Source: Epithemia pelagica
Taxonomy: Eukaryota; Protista; Bacillariophyta
NCBI GenBank assembly: GCA_946965045.2
Contig: OX337242.1
Location: 1,550,001 to 1,614,000 of the forward strand
DNA: 64,000 nt
Reading direction: 5' to 3'
Below the pieces are notes generated by a model. It worked only from the letters and a program-made list of their open reading frames with translations. It searched no databases and was not told the origin of the DNA. Position numbers and translations under genes: made by a program. Position 1 is the first letter of the stretch. Every line of letters starts with the position of its first letter. Of the stretch, positions 45,122 through 54,570 are shown piece by piece.

Positions 45122-48100
45122 TGGAGTGTGCCCTGTGTATCCGCTGCCGAAGCAGTAAAAATTGATAAAACGAATCTTATTGTTCAATCGAATGCACACG
45201 TAGGCACCCATTATAGTTATTCTAAACGTTTCGCACATCGTCTATGTGCTATGAACACCGACGAATATGGTGTTGAGACCATTGAGCTCACCTGTGAGTT
45301 GGACTCACATGCGGACACCTGTGCCGTGGGAAGAGACTTCGTAATGCTCTCCGAAGCCCACCGCTATATCAGTGTGCATCCGTTCGCGGAGGAATATAAC
45401 CCGCTGACCAATGTCCCCATTGCGACTGTTGCTACTGTCTGGACTGACAGCGAAAACCAGTCTTACTTGCTTGTCATCCACCAAGCATTGTTTTTAGGGG
45501 ACCGAATGGGCAGTTCGTTACTCTGTCCGAACCAGATGCGTGCCCATGGCATCGTTGTCAACGACGTACCTAAACAGTTTGACCCGCACAGCACGCATAG
45601 TATCCACGTACCGGATGCCGATCTCACTATCCCGCTCACCATGGCTGGTGTGATAAGTGGTTTCGCCACTCGCAAACCCACTTCTGACGAGCTGGAACAC
45701 TTGCCACAAGTTGTGCTAACTGCCGATAGCCCATGGCAACCTCGTTCTACCGCCTTTGCGGACGCGGAGGAGAAACTGGGTGTAGCTGCCGCTACTGTCG
45801 TTCGCAATGGCGATCCGAATTCGATTGCCGCATCCTCCATTCCACGACTCATCAAAGCAGTGCGAACGTACCAGCATGCTTTTGCCAATCCATCACCCGA
45901 TCTGGACGCCGACGCACAAGGCGACGACCTATACGAACGCTTAATAGCGACGGTCACTGTTCATCCAGAAAAGGAGGAACCTGATGTAGTCCCGGAGGAC
46001 AAACGTGAACGTCGGCTGTACATGATCAAGACTGCTAACGAGTCTTCCCCAGCCGATCCTGCTGGAAAGGGAGTGCTTGATGCAGCCGTACTGTCACAAC
46101 GTTGGGGCATTGGTTTACCCAAAGCGAAGAATACGCTTAAAGTGACGACGCAGGCTGGAGTACGAAACGTATTAATCCCATCTGAGCGTAAGGTCCGTAA
46201 GAAGGCACCGTGGCTCAAATTCCCCAATGTGAAAGGCCGTTGGTTCTCGGACGAGATGTTTGCCAAGGAAGTATCACTGAACGGGGACACGGGCGCCTCG
46301 ATCTTTACCGACGGCAAAGGATTCGACCACGTTTATCCCTGGAAGTCGAAAAAGCAACATCCTGAAGGATTGATGTCTTTGATTCACAATGTAGGGATTC
46401 CCCAAACAATGGTATCTGATGGTGCCCGAGAATTGTTCCTTGGGAAGTCCCGAGAAATATGCAACGAGTACCGCATAAAGATGGAGAAAACGGTTCCTTA
46501 TAGTCCATGGCAGAACGCCGCCGAAGCGAGCATTCGTGAACTAAAAAAGGGAGTTGTCAAAATTATGAGGACGACCGGCGCACCACAACGTTTATGGAGC
46601 TATGCTCTTAAATGGTGCTCACACGTACGGCAACTCACGGCATCCGATATCCCTGAATTAGATGGACGTACACCGTTCGAGCATGTAATTGGCTCAACGC
46701 CAGACATCTCTCCATTAGCCATGTTCCAATTCTATCAGCCGGTGTATTATCGCATGCCCATGGCACAGTTTCCCTTCGAAAAAAGACTGATTGGCCGATG
46801 GTTGGGCTTAGCCGATGATTGTACCGATGATATGGCCTATGAAATCCTAACGCAAGAGGGCAATCATGTCACACGGAAAGATGTGTGGGCCATTCCGGAA
46901 GACGACCTGAAGAATCCGACGATTCATCAGCAGTTGTTGGACTATGATGCCGCTATTCAAACGCAAATGAAAGAGTCGCCATCTGATGGCACAACTGGGA
47001 GCGATCCACCCCCAGACCTCTTTGACGAAGGTGAACTTCTAGAGCCCTTGTTCCCAGAGGCCGAAGCCCTGGAATCCGACGCGTACACGCCGGAGGAACT
47101 AGACGAATATCTCACCGCTGAAGTCATGCTGCCGCGAGGAGGTGAAAGCGCTCGAGCGAAAATCATTGGACGCACGAAAGATGCTCATGGGCGACCTATT
47201 GGTGAGCGCGACGCAAACCCAATCCTTGATACCCGGTACTACGATGTACAGTTTCCGGATGGATCGGTCGAGTCGTATGCAACCAATATGATCGCGGAGA
47301 ATCTGTATTCGCAAGTTGACCCGGAGGGCAATGCGTTCAACACATTGAAAGCCATTGTGGGTCACCGTAGTGATGAGACCGCAGTTAAGCGAACAGACGC
47401 ATCGTTCCTTGACGGCACATCACACCACACAACGAAAGGCTGGGAATTGCAATGTGAACTGTCCGATCAATCGACTGTTTGGCTGCCGCTCAAAGACATC
47501 AAGAATGGAAATATGATTGAAGCCGCCGAATACGCAGTATCCACTGGCATCGCAAAAGAGCCTGCTTTCGCATGGTGGGTGCCACGTGCACTTCGCAAAC
47601 GAGACCGCATTATCAAAAAGGTAAAGTCACGTTATTGGAAGCGAACGCACAAGTATGGCATTGAGTTGCCCCACTCTGTGGAAGAAGCCCTGGCGATTGA
47701 CCGCCGAACGGGGACTGACTTCTGGCGTAAGGCTATTGAGAAAGAAATGAAGAACGTTGGCATTGCTTTCGAATTTCCAGCTGATGGCGAAGTGCCTTCT
47801 GGATACAAGCATATTCCCTGTCATATGGTTTTTGACATCAAATCAGACCTGCGACGAAAAGCACGGTTAGTGGCCGGAGGCCACAAAACTGACCCACCCA
47901 AAGAATCGACCTATTCTAGTGTGGTATCACGCGATAGCGTACGCATTGCTTTTACTATCGCTGCACTAAATGGTCTTGATGTTCTCGTCGGGGACGTGCA
48001 AAACGCATATCTCAACGCACCGACTAAAGAAAAGACCTATACCACCGCGGGACTCGAATTTGGACCAGATAAGGTTGGACAACCTGCACTGATAGTGCGC

Positions 48101-49357
48101 GCATTATATGGTCTCAAAAGTTCTGCCGCAAGGTGGCGTGATCACATCGCCGCAACGCTCCGCGATATGGGATTTAAGATGTGTCAAGCTGATCCGGATG
48201 TATGGCTTCGAGCGAACACTCGACCATCTGATGGGTTCCAGTATTACGAGTATGTTTTGGTCTATATTGATGATCTGCTGATTGTTAGTCATGATCCCAA
48301 AACCGTGATGCAGGACCTGCAGAGGCGCTATACAATCAAGCCCGACAGCATCAAACCACCAGACGAATACTTGGGATCCGAAATACGGCGTTATACCATA
48401 CCCGACACGCAAGATCCGTCGAACCGTGATCGTTGGGCCATGTCCGCTGACAAGTATTGTAAGCGTGCTCTTGCCGAAGTCGAAACGGAACTGGAGAAAT
48501 CCGGAGAAAAGCTGAAGTCAAAAGTGACGACGCCGATCGCCGATGGATATCGCCCGGAATTGGATGCGACTCCTGAACTCGACGCAAGACGTGCAAACTA
48601 TTACCAAGGACTGATCGGTATTCTCCGTTGGATTGTTGAACTCGGTCGTATCGACATTACAACCGCAGTCTCCCATATGTCCCGTTTTATGGCGAATCCA
48701 CGAGAAGGACATCTCGAGCAAACGTTGCACATCTTCGCGTATCTGAAGAAGTACGATAAATCCGCCATTGTGTTCGACGACACAACCCCTGACTTCGACG
48801 AGTCACGTTTTACCCGACCGGATTGGTCTGAGTATTATCCTGATGCTGCCGAGCCGATTCCGCCAAACGTACCAGCACCGCGTGGAAACGCTGTCACCAC
48901 GACTTGCTTTGTCGATGCTGATCATGCTGGATGTCGTGTCACACGGCGCTCTCAAACAGGAGTCCTATTGTTCTTGCAACGAGCACCGATCATGTGGTAT
49001 TCAAAACGACAAAACACTGTTGAGACGTCTACATTTGGCAGTGAGTTCGTGGCGATGAAGACTGCCATTGAAATGATTGAAGCATTTCGTTATAAGTTGC
49101 GAATGATGGGTATCCCGTTGGATGGAGAAACGAATGTGTTTTGCGACAATGAATCTGTGTTTAAGAACTCGACGCAGCCGGAATCAGTCCTAAAGAAGAA
49201 GCACAACGCAATTGCTTATCATCGGACTCGTGAAGCGCAAGCTGCTGGACTTGTGCGCATTGCATGGGAAGAAGGTGAAACGAATCTTGCCGATATCCTA
49301 ACCAAACTGCTACCCGGACCTCGATTGCGATTCTTGGCCCAACGTATCATGTGGTAG
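45122..49357 (+). CDS. pol: E1 Pol: protease, integrase, chromodomain-like region, reverse transcriptase and RNase H
   Basis: ELDSHADTC protease; integrase D-D-E residues in WFSDEMF, VSDGARE and QNAAEASIRE; YIDD in RT; FVDADHAG in RNase H. Open from the codon right after the gag stop. Confidence 0.95.
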   Translation, partial: WSVPCVSAAEAVKIDKTNLIVQSNAHVGTHYSYSKRFAHRLCAMNTDEYGVETIELTCELDSHADTCAVGRDFVMLSEAHRYISVHPFAEEYNPLTNVPIATVATVWTDSENQSYLLVIHQALFLGDRMGSSLLCPNQMRAHGIVVNDVPKQFDPHSTHSIHVPDADLTIPLTMAGVISGFATRKPTSDELEHLPQVVLTADSPWQPRSTAFADAEEKLGVAAATVVRNGDPNSIAASSIPRLIKAVRTYQHAFANPSPDLDADAQGDDLYERLIATVTVHPEKEEPDVVPEDKRERRLYMIKTANESSPADPAGKGVLDAAVLSQRWGIGLPKAKNTLKVTTQAGVRNVLIPSERKVRKKAPWLKFPNVKGRWFSDEMFAKEVSLNGDTGASIFTDGKGFDHVYPWKSKKQHPEGLMSLIHNVGIPQTMVSDGARELFLGKSREICNEYRIKMEKTVPYSPWQNAAEASIRELKKGVVKIMRTTGAPQRLWSYALKWCSHVRQLTASDIPELDGRTPFEHVIGSTPDISPLAMFQFYQPVYYRMPMAQFPFEKRLIGRWLGLADDCTDDMAYEILTQEGNHVTRKDVWAIPEDDLKNPTIHQQLLDYDAAIQTQMKESPSDGTTGSDPPPDLFDEGELLEPLFPEAEALESDAYTPEELDEYLTAEVMLPRGGESARAKIIGRTKDAHGRPIGERDANPILDTRYYDVQFPDGSVESYATNMIAENLYSQVDPEGNAFNTLKAIVGHRSDETAVKRTDASFLDGTSHHTTKGWELQCELSDQSTVWLPLKDIKNGNMIEAAEYAVSTGIAKEPAFAWWVPRALRKRDRIIKKVKSRYWKRTHKYGIELPHSVEEALAIDRRTGTDFWRKAIEKEMKNVGIAFEFPADGEVPSGYKHIPCHMVFDIKSDLRRKARLVAGGHKTDPPKESTYSSVVSRDSVRIAFTIAALNGLDVLVGDVQNAYLNAPTKEKTYTTAGLEFGPDKVGQPALIVRALYGLKSSAARWRDHIAATLRDMGFKMCQADPDVWLRANTRPSDGFQYYEYVLVYIDDLLIVSHDPKTVMQDLQRRYTIKPDSIKPPDEYLGSEIRRYTIPDTQDPSNRDRWAMSADKYCKRALAEVETELEKSGEKLKSKVTTPIADGYRPELDATPELDARRANYYQGLIGILRWIVELGRIDITTAVSHMSRFMANPREGHLEQTLHIFAYLKKYDKSAIVFDDTTPDFDESRFTRPDWSEYYPDAAEPIPPNVPAPRGNAVTTTCFVDADHAGCRVTRRSQTGVLLFLQRAPIMWYSKRQNTVETSTFGSEFVAMKTAIEMIEAFRYKLRMMGIPLDGETNVFCDNESVFKNSTQPESVLKKKHNAIAYHRTREAQAAGLVRIAWEEGETNLADILTKLLPGPRLRFLAQRIMW

Positions 49358-49480
49358 CACCCCTTTTTAGATCCAAAATGGGATCGCCCCCCTTTTAAGA
49401 ATAGTCCGACGTACTGGACCGGCCTCTGCTGACATGACGAACTAAACGAAGTTGCCCACCCCGATTTTGTTCGCGGGGAC

Positions 49481-49720
49481 TGAATAAATAATCACGGGCG
49501 CCCCCTTTGTAACCTACGAAGGGCCTCGCCATGCCTCGCTACGCACCGCCTGGCATCGCCCGGCCCCTAGTTATGTGTTCGCTAGTGGGTACCGTGGTCG
49601 CTATTTGGCCCCTACGTGAGCGATTTGCCCCCAAAGGGCACCCCTAGTTTAGTCATCATAATTTCTGATAGTTTGATTGTTGCAAGCCGTATATTGCGTC
49701 TGGCCGTCAGTTTTTATTCA
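49481..49720 (+). repeat. E1 3' LTR (240 bp)
   Basis: Direct repeat of 42310-42549. Confidence 0.97.
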
Positions 49721-50582
49721 CAGCCAGTCATCGGGTCGCGAATGAACACTATCACCGCAGAGAGATTCGGTAGGGTTAGCAGATCGCCTATTGATTGGCA
49801 GCTTTCGAAAACTGTCGTCTTGATATAATTGCAAATACGATGGTTTTCCTCCAAGCCAATCATCCGGCCGAGAATCACTGTTATCACGGAGAGATCCGAC
49901 AGTGGCGGACAATCCTCCTGTACGGAGAGGTTCTAATGATTTCAAACCACTTTCGCGCTTGGATGAAATCACTTTTCCAGCTTTTTGCAGACTTTGTCGA
50001 TTGCTGGGACGAGGGTTCGATCGTCTTTGGCCCCGAAGTTGTTGCTGAGACATTGCTTTTCGAAGAAATAATGGAAACTTGAAAAAACGAGGTCTTCAAG
50101 AAAATCTGAATCGAGCCCGGGACTCAGAGTCTGACATTTTATGTAGTTGATCGGGAATCGGGACTGGACATGCTGTACAATTTGGAAGTGATTCGTGAAC
50201 ACTTTTTGTCCGGACAAGTCACGAATCGGTGACAACGAGATAGAGGGAGAGGTGAGAGGCAAAGACCATGAATACGCCGCGCTGACAGTCACAGCGACAA
50301 TAAAATGAGAACTAAAGCTTCAGCGACGAAGAGTGATCAGCCCTTGAAGCGCAACCAGGTGATAGTCTTTTCTGTCATTATTCAGGTATGCTTTGCAGAG
50401 ATCAGCTGTGATTTCGGCAACCTTTTGACAAGGGAGAGCGACCTAATGGTGACCCCTTAGCCCTACGTCAGACTCGCAATCGTCAGTGCCAAGTCAGTGC
50501 CAACGCACACCATATCTTTAGGCCCTACTCCATTTCGTAATACGTTTACTTAGTCATAATTTTACAAACCATTCCCTTTTCA

Positions 50583-50594
50583 GGTTATGAGCCC
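50583..50594 (+). promoter_or_regulatory. E3 primer-binding site GGTTATGAGCCC (half-tRNA initiator-Met type, as in Ty5/copia)
   Basis: Reverse complement GGG-CTCATAA-CC is the iMet anticodon arm up to position 40; it abuts the LTR terminal CA. Confidence 0.9.
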
Positions 50595-50796
50595 AAGTAT
50601 CACGTACGTAAAATAACACACAATTTGGTTGCGAAAGAGGAGAAAACCGGACCTTGACGTTGAGAAAAAGCCGTCGGAAAGAGCCCGTTGAAGTCCCCAA
50701 GTCCTACCAAATTGCAAGAACCACGAGAGCCCGTTTATATAAACGGTGAGCATCGAAGACACGACGAAAAGAAGAACAGCTGCAGTTTTGCGGTGA

Positions 50797-52377
50797 ATGG
50801 AAACACTTCAAGACCTTCTGAACCTATTACGAGACTCTGATTTGGATTCTGAAGCAGGGTGGTCAGATACTGTAAGCGTAGCTAGTAGCATAATGTCGAC
50901 AACCAGTACTACAGCCCCCATTGTGATCAATGGCGAGACCATTGAGGTTAACGATCAAGCGACGCCAGCACAGAACGTGGAAACCGCATTGTTCAAGAAA
51001 GAAGACCGTGAAGGGATGGGCGCAGAGAAGCGTCAAGAACTCTTTGCCAAGGCTTCAACTTCTACCCCAGCCAAATTCGACCTTCTGTCTACCAACATTA
51101 CGGACGTGAAGCAACTCGAAGAATGCTATAACCTCAACTTGATGGTCTCAAGGTTGAAGAGTCAGCATATCATGTATGATATGCATGACGTCTTTATGAT
51201 TGTGACACCTGATGGCACAGGTCCCTCATTGAAGACTGACCAGAATCACCAACCTAAAGACCTTTATTCGTATTATTCCGATCTTACGGAGGAACAGGTC
51301 GCATTGAGCAATGAGTGGTACTCTACTTGGCCGAAGAAGAGCTGGTATCGGGAGAATCTCATGTTGACTGCAAAACAGCTTGAGGTCAGTATGAAAAATA
51401 CACTGTGGACGAAAGTCTACGAACGCTACAAGCGATACAAGACCGAACAGCAAGGAGGTCCTCTAGTCTTCATAATCATGATGAAGCTTCTTGTTACTCA
51501 TACGGAACAAGCCACTAAGTCACTAGTTGACACCGTTGAGAACCTCAAGATCTCAAAAGTTCGCGGCGAAAACGTTTCCAAGATTGTGAGTCTGATTCTA
51601 GGAGCACACGAACGCTTAGAAGCCATTGACATGGTTCCCGAAGACTTCGACAAGACCGTTCTCTCTGTTCTTCAAACGAGTTCTGTGGACAAATTCAACA
51701 AGGTGTTCGAATTGATCGAAAGTCAAGCTCGTATCGCCGGTGCATTGGCCCGATCCGGCTCATCCATCCAGTCGCAGTTCACGATCCCCAAGGTGGAGTC
51801 TCTCTTGGATCTGGCCGAGCACGAGTATCTCTCTCTATGCTGTGCCAATGAATGGACTGGTGCCAAAACCCGTGGAAGTCCGTCGTCCTTTAACGCCACC
51901 GAATCTTCTAAGACTAGTAGTTCTAATCGTAAAGGTCCTACCTGTTGGAATTGTGGCGGGAAGCACACCCTCAAAGATTGCCAGAAGCCACGCAATGAAG
52001 CTCTTATCGAGGCGAATCGGAAGAAATTCAACGACGCCAAGAACAAGACTGGAACCACCGGTTCATCATCAAATACTGGGTCACGTCGCCACAAATGGCG
52101 ACCTCCTACTGCTGACGAAAACAATCGGCGGGTGATCGATGGCACTCCTATGTCCTGGAATGCCGAAACGAAACGATGGGCGGCCATTGCCAGCACACCT
52201 ACTGACGCCACTGCCACAGGTACAACCGGATCTGGTGCCTCCACCAATTCCGGATCTTGTCGCGTGCAGATTGCTGATTCCGCAAACGTTGCCGCTGGCT
52301 ACGACGAGGCCAATAACCGTCGAGCCATTGAACGGACTGTCCATACCCTGATGGCCCAGTTCCAAGCCCTCCCGTGA
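50797..52377 (+). CDS. gag: E3 Gag with a CX2CX3HX4C zinc knuckle
   Basis: 526-codon ORF containing CWNCGGKHTLKDC. Ends at a TGA that is in frame with pol. Confidence 0.9.
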   Translation: METLQDLLNLLRDSDLDSEAGWSDTVSVASSIMSTTSTTAPIVINGETIEVNDQATPAQNVETALFKKEDREGMGAEKRQELFAKASTSTPAKFDLLSTNITDVKQLEECYNLNLMVSRLKSQHIMYDMHDVFMIVTPDGTGPSLKTDQNHQPKDLYSYYSDLTEEQVALSNEWYSTWPKKSWYRENLMLTAKQLEVSMKNTLWTKVYERYKRYKTEQQGGPLVFIIMMKLLVTHTEQATKSLVDTVENLKISKVRGENVSKIVSLILGAHERLEAIDMVPEDFDKTVLSVLQTSSVDKFNKVFELIESQARIAGALARSGSSIQSQFTIPKVESLLDLAEHEYLSLCCANEWTGAKTRGSPSSFNATESSKTSSSNRKGPTCWNCGGKHTLKDCQKPRNEALIEANRKKFNDAKNKTGTTGSSSNTGSRRHKWRPPTADENNRRVIDGTPMSWNAETKRWAAIASTPTDATATGTTGSGASTNSGSCRVQIADSANVAAGYDEANNRRAIERTVHTLMAQFQALP

Positions 52378-53803
52378 TGGTGTGGCCGTCGACTTGTCGA
52401 TGTAGGCCACATTCTCTTCCATTGCTGTGTTCCCAGGAGGGATACCTGGGTTCTTCTCTCTTTTGTTTGGTTGTTGTTTGTGTGTGGTGTTTCGTTCTGG
52501 CCCGGAGCTAGCGTTCCCTCCATTCCTGGATCTCTCATTCTTTTCCCCCTTTTGGTCTTGCTCTTATCCATTGTGCCTCGTTCGCGAGAGGGAGGTGGAC
52601 GGCGCACCTTTTTCGCCTCATTCCCATACAAGCCCGTCCGAGCACGCCGATCCTACAAGACCAAAACCTATCATGTGCGAAAACGTTTCACAACAGCCCT
52701 TTTGATGTTTAACATAGTCACCCATTCGACTGTCACATGGGCTGGTACGGTGGACCAAGGTAGATCCCCGTATACCAAGAAGCAACCGTTGAAAGTCCGA
52801 CGACGACCTAAGCCCGCGAAAACAACAAGGCCCAAGGCATCTTCTCGTCGAGAAACGCAACGAAACGACCGAAATGGTGAGATCGACCATGGTGGACCGG
52901 ATTCTTCCCCTACATTGTGGATGTACGAACCGACGCTGTTTCCAGAAGGACCAGATCGTTGGAAGCTACCGAACGGCCGTCTTTCCCAGTGCTTTGGGAA
53001 TATGGACGAGCTCATCGCAGCAATCCAACTGAACGATCTTCCAAGGCAAACAATGGACCCTATAGCGCAGTTCCGTGCAATTAAGGAACTTGGTGGTGGA
53101 TTGTTACATCGGACACGCAAGAAAGGAAGTCGACGAGTCTCCCAGGCCATGATTGCAGCGATAAAGCTCTCGACGACCTCCGGTTATCAAGACAATACGT
53201 CCCTCCATCATCGTATGTCGGTGTATCTCAACACGTCCAATGAACAAGACTATCCAGTTGTAATCGACACTGGAGCCTCCACATCCTTGACCCCAACGCT
53301 CAATGACTTTGATGGACCTATCAAGCCATGCGATACGACCGAACTGAACGGTCTCGCAAGCACAACCAAAGTGGTGGGTGTTGGCATGGTCCAGTGGATC
53401 ATTCGCGATGTCTTTGGCGTCGTCCGAACAATCCGGACAAAAGCCTACTACGTCCCAGACGCAAGCATACGCTTGTTCAGTCCACAATCGTACTTCCAAG
53501 AAATAGAAGCCGGTGGATTGTCGCTTGATCACGCCCGTTGCCGTCTCACATTGCACGATGGTAGCGAGTTGACTTTCCCGTTCAATTGGCAGAGCAACCT
53601 TCCCTTGATGTTACCGATCACGCAAACGCAGATGGGGTTGACCTTTGAAGATGTAATGTCCATCCAAGAGATGGAAGCTTTCATGTCGGTGGCAGCGGAG
53701 ACGAACCAAAATATGACTGCGGCGCAGCGCGAGTTGCTTTCATGGCACTGGCGCCTAGGGCACGCACACTTTGAATGGATTCAAGATCTCTGTCGCGATC
53801 CAA
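52378..53803 (+). CDS. pol: E3 Pol, 5' part (hydrophobic leader, protease, first half of the integrase Zn finger)
   Basis: Open from 52378; VVIDTGAS protease motif; WHWRLGH. Cut by E2 after 53803. Confidence 0.88.
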
Positions 53804-54556
53804 TGTTAGGATTCTCACCTTTAACTAGGTGATGGTGGAATCTACAACACATCGACTGATGCTAGTATTTTATGGCATCCGATGACATTTGTGTAAAAGT
53901 GAGAAAAGAATGACGGCATGCTCGCGGACCTATAATTTTGGCCAAGGCATGCTCGCAATGCACGCGCTATCGGCGACCGCTCGGATATTGACTATGGCCC
54001 ATCACGTGCGCGCCCAGTATTCTCAAGCGCGCGCAATCACGATCCGAGTGAGCACCTCCACGACTTACCTCAACGGCCTAAGTAATCAAAGCACGAATCA
54101 CGATCACGCGAGACCATATTTCCATTCCCACAATTCCAAGAATGCAATCAACAACGCGCCAAGAAAACTACCTATATCACAACAAAGCAAGAGCTGTTGG
54201 CATTGGTATATGATATACAACTGCATATACTTTCAATACAACAATGCAGGTCTACTCCAACCATTTGAGGACCTATCACACCAGATGCATGGCCGTATAC
54301 AGGAGCCAGGACCTCGACCTTCATCAAACACCTTAGTTAGTAATCATCTCACAATCAATAATATCACCTTTCATCACATCTTAGGACTAACCTCTTATCA
54401 GTGGACCGACTGCCCCCACCCACGGCGGACCTCGACTTGCAACTCTTCTCTGACCCGTGGAGGATTGTTGTATCGGTTGGTGATCGATTGTCGGCTCAGC
54501 GAGCCTTTTACCCAACTACCTATTACCCTTCTGAATTCTCAATGAGAGTTCTGCCA

Positions 54557-54570
54557 GATTAACAGTCTCA
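54557..54570 (+). promoter_or_regulatory. E2 primer-binding site GATTAACAGTCTCA (complement of the tRNA-Asn GUU anticodon arm)
   Basis: Reverse complement is TGAGA-CTGTTAA-TC; CTGTTAA is the typical tRNA-Asn anticodon loop. Confidence 0.8.

Larger units (their letters stand above)
42310..49720 (+). mobile_element. E1: full-length Ty1/copia (CoDi-type) LTR retrotransposon, apparently intact and recent
   Basis: 240-bp LTRs (42310-42549, 49481-49720) read as identical, with TGAATAAA..TTTATTCA ends. TSD CAGC, PBS at 42550, PPT GCGGGGAC at 49473-49480. Domain order PR-IN-RT-RH. Confidence 0.97.
41722..50100 (-). pseudogene. RPDDWLG-repeat protein, copy 2, split by retrotransposon E1
   Basis: Motifs occur on both sides of E1 (41722-42309 and 49721-50053). 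Removing E1 plus one CAGC restores HSRPDDWLGRMP. Further stops and frameshifts are present. Confidence 0.65.

Noticed and set aside
45119-45124. Genome-wide UGA-to-Trp reassignment
   Set aside because: Several host genes end in TGA at sensible C-termini (14646, 17002, 25803, 33898), and conserved Trp residues use TGG.
53984-54434. 451-bp LTR segment as an independent inserted transposon with a CTCG TSD
   Set aside because: No terminal repeats or polyA tail, and it carries an LTR-like motif; deletion from the 3' LTR is simpler.
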